The notes: generated from the sequence alone by a model not told the origin. Positions 31,985-42,370 are shown, counted from the stretch's first letter. The stretch: DNA of 64,000 nucleotides from Nannocystis bainbridge (GCF_028368995.1 NZ_JAQNDL010000001.1:3936001-4000000); one strand, 5' to 3'. Made by a program: numbers and translations.

Positions 31985-33193
31985 ATGTCGGTGGCCGCGC
32001 GAAACCTGTCCCTTGGTGCATGTCTCTCGATCCTCGCTGCCTGTCCCGCGAGCGGCGGTGAGACCACCGCCTCGACCGGCGAGCCGGCCACCACGACGAC
32101 CACGTCCACCACCACCGCGGCGACCCTTGACGCCTCGACTGGCACCACCGCGCCGACCACCGACGCGCCGACTGGCACCACCACCGGCGCGCCTGTCGAC
32201 CGCGAGCCGTTCAGCATTCAGGTGCTCGACAATGCCTGGATCACCGGCACCGACGGTTGGACCACCCAGCACCAGGACATCGCCTTCGACCTCGGCGCAG
32301 CCCCCTTTTCAAAGGTCACGCTGATCGTCGATCTCGGCACCGACTGTTATCCGTGGGAAAATTGGCAGGCCAGCCCGCCGCCGCCGGGGCAGTCGTGGCC
32401 GGCCTCGTGCGACGCGTTCGACCGGACCATGGGCTTCATCAGCGACCCGGGCGGCGACCCGGGCGACCCGCCCGGCTTCGAGCTGCTGCGCTCGATCACC
32501 CCGTTTGGCGGCCCCGCTCACCTCGAGGCCGACATCACCGACTACGCCAACGCCCACCCTGGCGAGCACGTGCTGCGCTCGTACATCAACACCTGGCCTG
32601 ACGGCGCCGGCAAGGTCAGCGGCTCGGCCGGCGGCTGGCACCTCAGCGTGCGCATCGAGGGCCAGCCCGGCCCGGCCCCGCGCGAGGTGCTCGCGGCCGT
32701 CTCGCTGTTCGCCGGCGACGTCGGGGTCGACGGCGCGACCACCACGGTGCCGTTCAGCCTGCCCGCGGGCTTCAAGAAGGCCGAGCTCGTCTACACCGTC
32801 AGCGGCCACGGCGGCGCGACCGACAACAGCGGCGGCTGCATCGGCCCCGCCGAGGAGTTCTGCAAGCGCAAGCACCACATCAGCCTCGACGGCGCCGTCG
32901 TCACCTCGTTCGAGGCCTGGCGCACCGACTGCGGCGAGCTGTGCACGATCACCGACAATGCGCTCGGCGTCGGCCCGGCCAAGTTCTGCGCCGAGAACCC
33001 GTGCGGCGCGATCGCCTCGGTCCAGGCCGCGCGCGCCAACTGGTGCCCCGGCGACCTCGTCGCCCCGCTGCGCGGCCCCGTCACCTCGGCCCTCGGCGCC
33101 GGCCCGGACCACGAGTTCCAGTTCGCCATCGACAAGGTCAAGGAGGGCGGCAGCTGGACGGTGTCGGCGGCGATCTACGCTTACGGGCCGTGA
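31985..33193 (+). CDS. Lipoprotein with peptide-N-glycosidase F-like domains
   Basis: LAAC lipobox, Thr linker, CDAFDR, ELLRSITPFG, SGHG, AEEFC, RANWCPG. Confidence 0.78.
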   Translation: MSVAARNLSLGACLSILAACPASGGETTASTGEPATTTTTSTTTAATLDASTGTTAPTTDAPTGTTTGAPVDREPFSIQVLDNAWITGTDGWTTQHQDIAFDLGAAPFSKVTLIVDLGTDCYPWENWQASPPPPGQSWPASCDAFDRTMGFISDPGGDPGDPPGFELLRSITPFGGPAHLEADITDYANAHPGEHVLRSYINTWPDGAGKVSGSAGGWHLSVRIEGQPGPAPREVLAAVSLFAGDVGVDGATTTVPFSLPAGFKKAELVYTVSGHGGATDNSGGCIGPAEEFCKRKHHISLDGAVVTSFEAWRTDCGELCTITDNALGVGPAKFCAENPCGAIASVQAARANWCPGDLVAPLRGPVTSALGAGPDHEFQFAIDKVKEGGSWTVSAAIYAYGP

Positions 33194-33268
33194 GCGCGCG
33201 AGCGATGGGGCCGTGGGCGCGGCGCTCCGACGCGTGGCGAGTCAATCAAGTCTCGTGCGTGCCCAGCA

Positions 33269-33352
33269 TGTCCCGAAGAACATGCCTCATTCGACATGTC
33301 TCATCGAACATTATCGATCGGGCATATCCTTGAGAGCATGTCCGCTCGGACA
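33269..33352. repeat. 14-bp-period TG-N10-CA array C (6 units)
   Basis: tgtcccgaagaaca|tgcctcattcgaca|tgtctcatcgaaca|ttatcgatcgggca|tatccttgagagca|tgtccgctcggaca; ends at the 33353 stop, between convergent genes. Confidence 0.92.
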
Positions 33353-34252
33353 TCACGTGAACGGCGGCTCTGCCCGGCGGCGCAGGCGGGCCGCCTCGTC
33401 GCCGCGGCCGAGCGCCTCGAGGCCCTCGGCGAGGATCCGCGCGAACGGGCCGCGGAGGTCGCCGCGGCGGACGGGCAGGCGGTCGTACCAGCGCAGCGCC
33501 TCGGCCATGCCGCCCTCTGCCTGCGCCGGCGCGGCGCAAGCGGCACGTAGGGACAGCTTGGCCAGGCGGGCCACGCACAGCACCAGGTGGCTGGCGCTGT
33601 CGCCCCCGAGGGTCGCGTCGTCGAAGTTGTCGCCCTGCAGCAGCGGGAACACGCGGCGGACGAACGCGACGTAGCGGCCGAGGTTGCGCCCGGCGTCGGC
33701 CAGACAGGCGACGTGGGCCGCGAACTCCTCGTCGAGCAGGACCTCGAGGCAGGGTCGCTCGGGCCGGCGGCGCTTCCACACCTCGACGGCGAGCAGGCCG
33801 AGCAGGTCCTGGTCGGCCTCGGCGAGGGTCTGCGTCATGTACACGCGCAACGCCAGCTGCCACGCCGACGCGAACTCGGGCGCCTCGTCGAGGATCGCCA
33901 GGGTCCGCGGCAGGCGCAGCCCGCTGAGCCGATCGAGCCAGGCCAGCAGCGCGCGGTCGGGCAGCGCCGCGACCTCGCCGATGCGCAGGAAGCCGGGGCA
34001 GCGCAGCGCCCACACGCCGTCGTAGCGGTACTCCTCCTCGAGCTGCGCCGCGTAGGCGGGGATCTCCTGCTCGGCGGCGACGCTGGCGATGCTGCGCTCG
34101 CGCTCGTCGAATTCGGCGGCGCCGAACCACCGCCGCATGAGCGCCGTCTCGACCGCGACCGCGGCGCGAGCCCGGGCACGGATCCGGCTGCGCTCCACCG
34201 CTCGCACGGGTCGCGGCCGCTCCCGCGGGAGGCGCTGCGGAAACCTGGCCAT
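33353..34252 (-). CDS. Hypothetical all-helical protein
   Basis: GC3-biased ORF; no family recognised; start uncertain. Confidence 0.6.
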   Translation of the reverse strand: MARFPQRLPRERPRPVRAVERSRIRARARAAVAVETALMRRWFGAAEFDERERSIASVAAEQEIPAYAAQLEEEYRYDGVWALRCPGFLRIGEVAALPDRALLAWLDRLSGLRLPRTLAILDEAPEFASAWQLALRVYMTQTLAEADQDLLGLLAVEVWKRRRPERPCLEVLLDEEFAAHVACLADAGRNLGRYVAFVRRVFPLLQGDNFDDATLGGDSASHLVLCVARLAKLSLRAACAAPAQAEGGMAEALRWYDRLPVRRGDLRGPFARILAEGLEALGRGDEAARLRRRAEPPFT

Positions 34253-34512
34253 GACCGGTCTATGGGGCGGCCTCCGCGGCGCGGCAACGCGCACCGACAA
34301 GCGACGTGCGCAGTCCGACGTTCACGGGCCAAAGCGCGCCGAAAAGCGCCGCAGAAGGCCGCTGCGAACGTCGGTCGGCCCGCACGCCGCGACACCTCTC
34401 GTCGCTGTCACGCAGGCCACGGCCGTCGCGCTCGCAGGCGGTGCGGACGCCTGTCCATTCGCGCCGGGGCCTTGAGCGCCGGGGCCGCTTCGCGCAAGCT
34501 CGCAAGCAGATC

Positions 34513-37068
34513 ATGACGCCGTTCCACGCAGTGACCGCGGCCTTGATCGTCGTGGGCTCCGGGGTCCTGGCGCTGGGCGCGAAGCGGACGCTGGCGCTCC
34601 TTCGACTGCGTCAGGTCACCCCTCATGCCGGACCGTGGCGGGTCCTGCTCTCCCTGATCGTCGTCTGCATCGCCGCCTACATCGCCACCGCGGTCGTCGT
34701 CCTGCTCGGCCTGCAAGAGGCGGTGGTGGCGCTGACCGGCGTCATCTTCCTGGGCGGTGGGGTGTTCGTATACCTCGCCGCGGACGCCAGCTTCCGCACC
34801 ATGCAGGCGCTGGTGAAGTCGAGCATGACCCAGCGCCAGGTCGGCGACATGCTCGAGGCCCTCAGCCACGCCGTGCTGCTGGTCGACGACCGCGGCGTCG
34901 TCCGCACCGTCAACCGCAAGCTGTGCGAGATCACCGGCCTGCCCGCCAGCGCCCTGGTCGGCAAGTCGATCATGCAGGCGGTCGGGCTCGAGAACCCGTT
35001 CGCGACCTCGGCGGTCAAGAGCAGCATCGACATGCCGCACACCCACGAGCACGAGCTGCGCCGCCGCGACGGCGCGGTGGTGCCGGTGGCGGTGGCGATC
35101 GTGCCGGCGCACCGCGGGTTCGTGTGCGTGCTGACCGACATCCGCGAGGACCGCCTGCGCCGACGTCAGCTCGACGACGCGGTCCGGATCGCCGAGGAGA
35201 TCTTGCGCGCCCGCAACGAATTCATGGCGCTGGTGGCGGTCGAGCTGCGCGACCCGCTGGGCCAGCTGTCGCGGGCCTCTCGCGCCCTCGTCGACGCCCC
35301 GCCCGAGGCCGACGTCGCCGCCATGGCCCGCAAGATCGGCGTCGCCGGCGAACAGCTCGAGCGCGTCGCCCAGAGCCTGCTCGAGGTCGGTCGCCTCGGC
35401 GGCAGCGCCGAGGGGGCGCGGGTGTTCCAGCCGGCCGCGCTGCTGCGCGACGCCGCCGAGGCGCTGTCGGTCCAGGCCGGGCGCGCCGGGGTGATCGTGC
35501 GCCACTACGTCGAGCAGGGCGTGCCTTCGACCTTCTACGGGCGCGAGGCGCAGATCCGGCAGATCCTGGGCCTGCTCGGGCTCAACGCGATCGCGCGGGC
35601 CCCGGGCGGCGAGATCCGGATCGCCGTCGAACCTGTCCCCGGGGACAAATCATCGCACCAGCTGCTGTTCTCGGTCCGCGACACCGGCTATCCGCTGACC
35701 GATACCACCGCCGACGTCGAGTTCGACCCGCTGACCAGCGGCGCGCGCAGCCAGGGCGGCCGGCTCGACCTGGCGATCTGTCGCCTGCTGGTGCTCTCGC
35801 TCGGCGGGCGCATGTCGGCCGGCAACACCACCGGCAACACCGCGACCGTGTTCTTCACCGTGCTGGGCGGCGTCGCCCCCGGGTCGCAGCAGGCGGCGCT
35901 GGTCAACGCGCTCGGCGAGACCCAGGCCGTCGCGTCGCTGAGCGGCGGCGGGTGGAAGAACTCGTTCGAGGCCTCGGCGCGGCTGGCCCGGCTCGCCGTG
36001 CCCGACGCCGGCCCCGAGCCCGAGCGGCGCACCGGCTCGGTCCTGGTCGTCGACGACAGCCCGACCAGCCGCGAGCTGCTGGCTCACCAGCTGCGGCAGG
36101 CCGGCAACACCGTCGAGGTCGCGGGCACCGCCAGCGAGGCGCTCGACCTGGTGTGGCAGCAGGAGTTCGACGTCGTCCTGCTCGACGTCCTCCTGCCCGA
36201 CAGCGACGGCATCGCCGTGCTCGAGGAGCTGCGAGAAAAAGGCGCGCTCGAGCGGCTCAGCGTCTTGATGATCTCCGCGGTCGAGGAGACCTCGAGCGTG
36301 GCCGCCTGCATCGAGCGCGGGGCCGAGGACTTCTTGCCCAAGCCGGTCAGCCCGGCGCTCTTGCGGGCCCGCCTCGGCGCCTGCCTCGAGAAGAAGTTCC
36401 TGCGCGACAAGGCCCGCCACCACCTCATCCAGCTGGCGGCCGAGGGCCGGCGCGCCAACGACCTGCTGCGCGTGCTGCTGCCCGACCCGATCGCCGACGA
36501 GCTGCAGTCGACCGGCACGATCGCCCCGCGCCGGCTCGACAACGTCGCCGTGGTGTTCGCCGACATCGTCGGCTTCACCGCCTACTGCGACCGCCACAGC
36601 CCCGAAGAGGTGCTCATCAGCCTGCAGGACCTGTTCACCCGCTTCGAGCAGCTCGCGCTCGAGTTCGGCGTGCAGAAGATCAAGACGATCGGCGACTCCT
36701 TCATGGGCGCCGCCGGCCTGTTCAGCGCCGAGGACGAGCGCCCGGCCCTGCGCTGCGTCCAGTTCGGCCGCGCGATCCTGGCGGCCGGCGCCGACCTCGC
36801 GACCCACTGGAACCTGCGCATCGGCATCCACGTCGGCCCGGTCGTCGGCGGCGTGGTCGGCACGCGTCAGTACATCTTCGACATCTGGGGCGACACGGTG
36901 AACACCGCCCAGCGCATCGAACAAAACGCCCGCGTCGGTCAGGTCTGCATCAGCGCCGCGGCGCGGCGGCAGGTCGAACCCGACTACGAGACCGAGAGCA
37001 TCGGCCTCAGCGAGATCAAGGGCAAGGGCGAGGCCGAGATCTTCATCGTCGTCGGGGGCCCGAATTGA
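34513..37068 (+). CDS. Membrane PAS - degenerate HisKA/HATPase - REC - class III adenylate cyclase
   Basis: 3 TM, PAS (VNRKLCEITG, RRRDG), H-box VAVELRDPL with no His, REC (VVDDS, LDVLLP, LPKP), cyclase FADIVGFT, KTIGD, FDIWGDTVNTAQRIE. Confidence 0.88.
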   Translation: MTPFHAVTAALIVVGSGVLALGAKRTLALLRLRQVTPHAGPWRVLLSLIVVCIAAYIATAVVVLLGLQEAVVALTGVIFLGGGVFVYLAADASFRTMQALVKSSMTQRQVGDMLEALSHAVLLVDDRGVVRTVNRKLCEITGLPASALVGKSIMQAVGLENPFATSAVKSSIDMPHTHEHELRRRDGAVVPVAVAIVPAHRGFVCVLTDIREDRLRRRQLDDAVRIAEEILRARNEFMALVAVELRDPLGQLSRASRALVDAPPEADVAAMARKIGVAGEQLERVAQSLLEVGRLGGSAEGARVFQPAALLRDAAEALSVQAGRAGVIVRHYVEQGVPSTFYGREAQIRQILGLLGLNAIARAPGGEIRIAVEPVPGDKSSHQLLFSVRDTGYPLTDTTADVEFDPLTSGARSQGGRLDLAICRLLVLSLGGRMSAGNTTGNTATVFFTVLGGVAPGSQQAALVNALGETQAVASLSGGGWKNSFEASARLARLAVPDAGPEPERRTGSVLVVDDSPTSRELLAHQLRQAGNTVEVAGTASEALDLVWQQEFDVVLLDVLLPDSDGIAVLEELREKGALERLSVLMISAVEETSSVAACIERGAEDFLPKPVSPALLRARLGACLEKKFLRDKARHHLIQLAAEGRRANDLLRVLLPDPIADELQSTGTIAPRRLDNVAVVFADIVGFTAYCDRHSPEEVLISLQDLFTRFEQLALEFGVQKIKTIGDSFMGAAGLFSAEDERPALRCVQFGRAILAAGADLATHWNLRIGIHVGPVVGGVVGTRQYIFDIWGDTVNTAQRIEQNARVGQVCISAAARRQVEPDYETESIGLSEIKGKGEAEIFIVVGGPN

Positions 37069-38675
37069 CGGTCGCGACGGTCGTCCTGGCCGTCGTCGTC
37101 GCCGCTCTCTCGCTCGCCCTGGTCGCCTCGGTGATCCTCGCGCGGCGGCGTGCCGCGATCGATCGCGCCGCCCTGGCCCGGCTGACCGCCGAGAACCACG
37201 CCCTGCGCGAGCGCTGCGACGCCGCCCACGCCACCGCCGAGCTGCGCGCCCGCATGGTCGCGCACGTCAGCCACGAGCTGCGCACGCCGATGCAGGCGAT
37301 CATGAGCTTGCTCGCGCTGCTCGACGAGCACGGCCTGCCGCTCGAGCAGCGCCGGCAGCACCTGAGCACCCTGCGCGGCTCCACCGAGGATCTGCTGCTG
37401 CTGATCGACGGCCTCCTCGACACCGCGCAGATCGAGGGCAAGCGGCCCTCGCTGCGCGCCGATGATTTCTCGCCGCGGGCCACGCTCGAGCAATTGGTCG
37501 ACCTGCTCGGCCCGAGCGCGCACAAGCGCGGGCTCGAGCTGCGGGCCGCGCTGGCGCCCGACCTGCCGCCGCGGCTGCGCGGCGATCGCCTGCGCCTGCG
37601 CCAGATCGTCATCAACCTGATCGGCAACTCGATCAAGTTCACGCGCCAGGGCCACGTCGAGCTGCGCGTCGCGGCGCGCGTCGAAGACGAGGTCGCGCAC
37701 CTGCAGGTCGAGGTCAGCGACACCGGCGTCGGCATGAGCCCCGAGGCGCTCGGCCGGCTGTTCCGCGAGTTCGCGCGCGTCGGCGACCCGAGCGTCGAGG
37801 GCACCGGCCTCGGCCTCTCGATCAGCAAACAACTGGTCGAGGCCCTCGGCGGCCGCCTCGAGGTCGACAGCGACCCGGGCGTCGGCACCACCTTTCGCTT
37901 CGAGGTCCGCATGCCGCTGCTCGCCGCGCTCCCGGCCGAGCAGGCGGCCGCCGCCGACAACCGCCCGCGCGTGCTGGTCGCCGACGACGACAGCGCCGGG
38001 CGCGAGCTGCTGGCCACCGCCCTGCGCCGTAGCGGCTACGCGGTCGACGGCGTGGCCGACGGCGCGGCCGCGGTCGCCAGCGCGCTGGCCCGGCCCTACG
38101 TCGCGGTCATCCTCGACGTCCAGTTGCCCGAGCTCGACGGCCCCGACGCGGCCCGGCAGATCCGCGACGTGCGCGGCGACGTGGCCCTGATCGCCCTCAC
38201 CGGCCACACCGAGATCGACGTGCTCGGCCGCTGCAAGGGCGCCGGCATCGACGCGATCCTGATCAAGCCGGTCAAGCTCGAGACCCTGCGCGCCACGATC
38301 GTCCGCGTCGCCGCCCAGCGCACCCAGCCGGTCGACCTGGCGGTGATCCGCGGCTACGTCACCGCCGAGGATCCGGCCTTCGTGCCCGGCCTCATCGATG
38401 TCTACCTCCGCGAGGCCGAGCGCGACCTCGAGGCCATGGAGGAGGCCGCCGCGGGCCAGGAGATCGCGCGGGTCGCTCAACTGGCGCACCGCCTCAAGGG
38501 CAGCTCCGCCGGGTTCGGCGCGCGATTGCTCGCCGAACGCTGTCAGTCCCTCTATGCCGCCGCCCGCGCGGAGCAGCCCGTGAGCCACGAGCTCGCGGCC
38601 CTGGCCCGCGAGTTCGGCCGCGTGAAATCAGCGCTCTCCGCCGAGCGGACGCGGCTCATATCCTCGTCGTCGTGA
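37065..38675 (+). CDS. Hybrid histidine kinase TM-HisKA-HATPase-REC-HPt
   Basis: TTG start overlapping the upstream TGA; SHELRTP, NLIGNSIKF, DTGVG, GTGLGL, LDVQLP, AHRLKGSS. Confidence 0.9.
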   Translation: MTVATVVLAVVVAALSLALVASVILARRRAAIDRAALARLTAENHALRERCDAAHATAELRARMVAHVSHELRTPMQAIMSLLALLDEHGLPLEQRRQHLSTLRGSTEDLLLLIDGLLDTAQIEGKRPSLRADDFSPRATLEQLVDLLGPSAHKRGLELRAALAPDLPPRLRGDRLRLRQIVINLIGNSIKFTRQGHVELRVAARVEDEVAHLQVEVSDTGVGMSPEALGRLFREFARVGDPSVEGTGLGLSISKQLVEALGGRLEVDSDPGVGTTFRFEVRMPLLAALPAEQAAAADNRPRVLVADDDSAGRELLATALRRSGYAVDGVADGAAAVASALARPYVAVILDVQLPELDGPDAARQIRDVRGDVALIALTGHTEIDVLGRCKGAGIDAILIKPVKLETLRATIVRVAAQRTQPVDLAVIRGYVTAEDPAFVPGLIDVYLREAERDLEAMEEAAAGQEIARVAQLAHRLKGSSAGFGARLLAERCQSLYAAARAEQPVSHELAALAREFGRVKSALSAERTRLISSSS

Positions 38676-38751
38676 AGCGCCGCGCGCCGGCGATGTGACG
38701 GCCCCCACCGGTCGGCCGCGGGCCCCGGCGATCGGGCACATATACAGCTTC

Positions 38752-39879
38752 ATGCATCGCTTCGTGTTCGCGTCGACGCTCACGCTGTGGGCGGTGGGGT
38801 CGGCGTGCGAGAATGACAACAATGGCAGCACCGCCGGCGAAGGGGCCTCGGGCGGCATTGTGCTGACGGGCGACGACTCCAGCGGCGGCATCGAAGTGCC
38901 GGGCCCGGGCGCGGTCGGCAAGCTCGACCTCCCGCCCTCCGACGGCGGTCGGCCCGACGATCCCGCCGCGTCCGGCTGCGCCAAGGCCGATTTCCTGTTC
39001 GTCATCGACAACTCGGGCTCGATGGCCGACGAGCAGGCCAACCTGATCGCCTCGTTCCCCGGCTTCATCGCCACCATCACCCAGACCATCGCGGCCCAGG
39101 ACTATCACATCATGGCCGTGCCGACCGACGACGGCCAGGCCGCCGGCCTCAGCACCAAGTGCAACGACGACGGCTGCGCCTGCATGCCGGCCCCGATCTG
39201 CTGCCAAAAGACCTGCGAGCTGTTCGGCAAGGACTGCAACGGCTTCGCCTGCGACGCCCTGCCGATCGGCGCCTGCGACCAGGTCTACGGCCGCGGCAAC
39301 ATCTACGGCGCCACCGGCAACCGGTGCCCGATCGCCGACGAGCGCCGCTACATGAAGGCCGACCAGCCCGACCTCGCCGGCACCTTCGAGTGCGTCGCCA
39401 ACATCGGCACCCACGGCAGCGGCGCCGAGAAGCCGGTGCTGGCCACCCTCGAGGCCGTCAGCGCCGCGCTCAACGGCCCCGGCGGCTGCGACGAGGGCTT
39501 CCTGCGCGACGACGCGATCCTGGTCGTCATCATCATCACCGACGAAGAGGACGACAACGCGATCGCCGGCGAGGGCACGCCCGGCCTGCCCAAGGAGTGG
39601 CACGAGCAGCTGATCGCCGCCAAGCACGGCGACACCGACGCGGTGGTGGTGCTCGGCCTGGTCGGCGACGGCAACCTGAGCGGCAGCGTGTGCCCGCCCG
39701 GCGGCGGCCCGAACATGGACGGCACTGGCGCCGAGCCGTGCCCGCGGCTGCAGGAGTTCGTCGACCGGTTCGACAACGGGGTCATCGGCAGCGTCTGCGC
39801 CACCGACTACACCCCGTTCTTCTCCGAGGCGGTCGGGGTGATCGATTTCGCCTGCGACGTGTTCGTGCCGGTCGGCTGA
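38752..39879 (+). CDS. vWA (MIDAS) domain lipoprotein
   Basis: GSAC lipobox, DFLFVIDNSGSM (DxSxS), FLRDDAILVV..ITDEED, Cys-rich insert. Confidence 0.8.
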   Translation: MHRFVFASTLTLWAVGSACENDNNGSTAGEGASGGIVLTGDDSSGGIEVPGPGAVGKLDLPPSDGGRPDDPAASGCAKADFLFVIDNSGSMADEQANLIASFPGFIATITQTIAAQDYHIMAVPTDDGQAAGLSTKCNDDGCACMPAPICCQKTCELFGKDCNGFACDALPIGACDQVYGRGNIYGATGNRCPIADERRYMKADQPDLAGTFECVANIGTHGSGAEKPVLATLEAVSAALNGPGGCDEGFLRDDAILVVIIITDEEDDNAIAGEGTPGLPKEWHEQLIAAKHGDTDAVVVLGLVGDGNLSGSVCPPGGGPNMDGTGAEPCPRLQEFVDRFDNGVIGSVCATDYTPFFSEAVGVIDFACDVFVPVG

Positions 39880-40153
39880 CGCGCGGTGCTGGCATTCCCG
39901 GCGAACCGTCGAAGTACCCTCATTCACGCGGCGTCCGCCCCGCGCCGGCGGGCCGGGCGCCATGGCTGCGATTGCCGTGAACGCCGTCCGCTCTGGCGTC
40001 ATTCCGAGAATCTACATACATGCCCTAAAGGACATACGGCGAGGCGCCCGCCGCACCGCGCAATCGCTCCACAATCATTCGTGACGGCGCACACACACGA
40101 CAATGGCCCTCGCGCCTATCGCCGCTGTCATGGCGTGAGCGATCATCGCGGCG

Positions 40154-41374
40154 ATGATGCGTCGCTCCTCCCGATTCGCCGTCGAATCCTTCCTCGGGCT
40201 CGCCGTCGTCGCCGCTTGTGGCGACAGCGGCGGACCTAGCCCTGCCACCGCCACCGGGATCACCGGCGCCACCGGCCTCACCGGCCAGGCCCCCGCGACC
40301 ACCACCGGCCCGGACGCCCCGTCCGGCGATTCGACGGCCGTCCCGACCACCAGCGGCGATCCGAGCGCCGGCACCACCACCGAGAGCTCGCCGCCCGACG
40401 GCCTGCCGAAGCTCGACCTCGGCGAGCAGCCGGAAGGGACCACCGGCCCGGGCGACCCGCTGGCGGCCGGCTGCGACAAGATCGATTTCTTGTTCGTGGT
40501 CGACAACTCGGGCTCGATGGCCGACGAGCAGGCCAACCTGATCGCCTCGTTCCCCGGCTTCATCGCCACCATCACCGATACGCTGGTGGCCAAGGACTAT
40601 CACATCATGGCCGTGTCGACCGACGACGGCATGAACACGGGCCTCAGCAGCTCGTGCACCAACGGCACCTGCAACTGCACCCCCGCGCCGGTCTGCTGCG
40701 AGAACGCCTGCGGCGGCTCGGGCGAGACCTGCAACGGCTTCGCCTGCGACGACCTGCCGCTGTCGCAGTGCCACTTCGAGTTCGGCACCGGCAAGGAGTT
40801 CGACGCCGCCGGCAAGCACTGCATGCTCGCCGACATGAAGCGCTACATGACGGCCAGCCAGCCCGACCTGGCGCAGACGTTCCAGTGCATCGCCAACGTC
40901 GGCACCTACGGCAGCGGCGCCGAGAAGCCGATGCTGGCCGCCACCTCGGCCCTCGGCGCGCCGCAGAACGGCCCCGGCGGCTGCGACGAGGGCTTCCTGC
41001 GCGACGACGCGATCCTCGTGCTGGTGTTCATCACCGACGAGGAGGACGACGTCGCCGACGACGGCAAGGGCTCGCCGGGCGAGCCGGCCGCGTGGTTCGA
41101 GGCCGTGGTCGCCGCCAAGAAGGGCGAGGAGAAGGCGGCGGTGGTCCTCGGCCTGCTCGGCGACAGCAACCTGCCGATGGGCCAGTGCCAGCCCGGCGTC
41201 GACCCCAACAGCGACGCCGACGGCGCCGAGGACTCCCCGCGCCTGCAGAGCTTCGTCAAGATGTTCTCCAACGGGGTGATCGGCAGCGTCTGCGCGGCCG
41301 ACTACACCCCGTTCTTCGCCGAGGCGGTCAGCGTCATCGACGTCGCCTGCGACGAGTTCGAGCCGCCGGGCTGA
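40154..41374 (+). CDS. vWA domain lipoprotein, tandem paralog
   Basis: VAAC lipobox, Thr linker, DFLFVVDNSGSMADEQANLIASFPGFI nearly identical to the upstream gene. Confidence 0.82.
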   Translation: MMRRSSRFAVESFLGLAVVAACGDSGGPSPATATGITGATGLTGQAPATTTGPDAPSGDSTAVPTTSGDPSAGTTTESSPPDGLPKLDLGEQPEGTTGPGDPLAAGCDKIDFLFVVDNSGSMADEQANLIASFPGFIATITDTLVAKDYHIMAVSTDDGMNTGLSSSCTNGTCNCTPAPVCCENACGGSGETCNGFACDDLPLSQCHFEFGTGKEFDAAGKHCMLADMKRYMTASQPDLAQTFQCIANVGTYGSGAEKPMLAATSALGAPQNGPGGCDEGFLRDDAILVLVFITDEEDDVADDGKGSPGEPAAWFEAVVAAKKGEEKAAVVLGLLGDSNLPMGQCQPGVDPNSDADGAEDSPRLQSFVKMFSNGVIGSVCAADYTPFFAEAVSVIDVACDEFEPPG

Positions 41375-41438
41375 CCGGCGCCTCGCATGTCCTTCGGGAC
41401 ATGTGACCCGGCGCGGGCGAGCCGGCCGCTCGCCCGCC

Positions 41439-42356
41439 TCACGCCGGGACCGAGGCCATGACCCACACGTACCAGCTCCAGCAGTTCAGGCAGTAGTACT
41501 TCTCGGCGGTCGAGACCACCGCGTCGTACTTGCGGCCGAGGGCCAGGAACTCGCCGCGGTTGCCGTCGAGCAGCTCGACCCACGGCCCCTCGTCGTGGGC
41601 GAAGCGGAAGCCGACCCGCTCGGGGTCGGCGGAGTCGAAGCAATCGTCGCCGCAGGGCAGCGGGCACACCCCTTCCACCGTGTCGACCGAGAGCGCGCCG
41701 AGCTTCTCGTTGACGCCGTAGTTGCTCTCGTTGGCGACCCCCGCCAGCAGCACCGCCCCGGTGTCGGCCGCCTTGAGCACGAACCACTCGCCCTCGCTGG
41801 AGTGGTGGCCCTCGCCCTGCCAGTAGGCGTCGAGCGCGACCGTCTGCCCGCTCTGGATGTCGATGGCGAAGTCGGCGGGCGCCGTCACGTTGAGCGTGAT
41901 GGCGACGTCGACCTGCTCGCCCTCGCTGCAGAGGAGCGCGACGTCGATCTTGCCCGCCGCGGCCGTCGCCGTCTGCACGGTGCAGGCGGCGGCCATGGTG
42001 ATGGTCTGCTGCTCGCCGTCGATGACCGGCCAGTCGCCGAAGTTGATGCCGATCGACGCGGTGGCGGCGGGATCGGCCGACACGCAGGCCTCGCCGCCGG
42101 TATCCGTGTCGGTGTCGGTCGCCGCCGTGTCGGCATCGGTGTCGGTCGCCGCCGTGTCACCGGTCGTCGGCTCGGTCGCCGCGGAGTCGGTCGCGTCGGT
42201 GTCGGTCGCCGCCGTGTCGGTCGCAGCAGTGTCGGTCGCCGCCGAATCGGTCGCGTCGGTGTCGCTCGTGGTCCCTCCCTCGGGCTTGCAGGCGGGCGCG
42301 ACGATCGCGGTGACGAGGAGGAGCGCGTGGAGGGGGAGCAGAGCACGAGGCAGCAT
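41439..42356 (-). CDS. Lipoprotein with Thr/Asp/Ala pentapeptide-repeat stalk
   Basis: VAPAC lipobox, (TDTAA/TDSAA)n repeats at about 42105-42265, beta-rich Cys-containing domain. Confidence 0.75.
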   Translation of the reverse strand: MLPRALLPLHALLLVTAIVAPACKPEGGTTSDTDATDSAATDTAATDTAATDTDATDSAATEPTTGDTAATDTDADTAATDTDTDTGGEACVSADPAATASIGINFGDWPVIDGEQQTITMAAACTVQTATAAAGKIDVALLCSEGEQVDVAITLNVTAPADFAIDIQSGQTVALDAYWQGEGHHSSEGEWFVLKAADTGAVLLAGVANESNYGVNEKLGALSVDTVEGVCPLPCGDDCFDSADPERVGFRFAHDEGPWVELLDGNRGEFLALGRKYDAVVSTAEKYYCLNCWSWYVWVMASVPA

Positions 42357-42370
42357 GGCGACGGACCATA

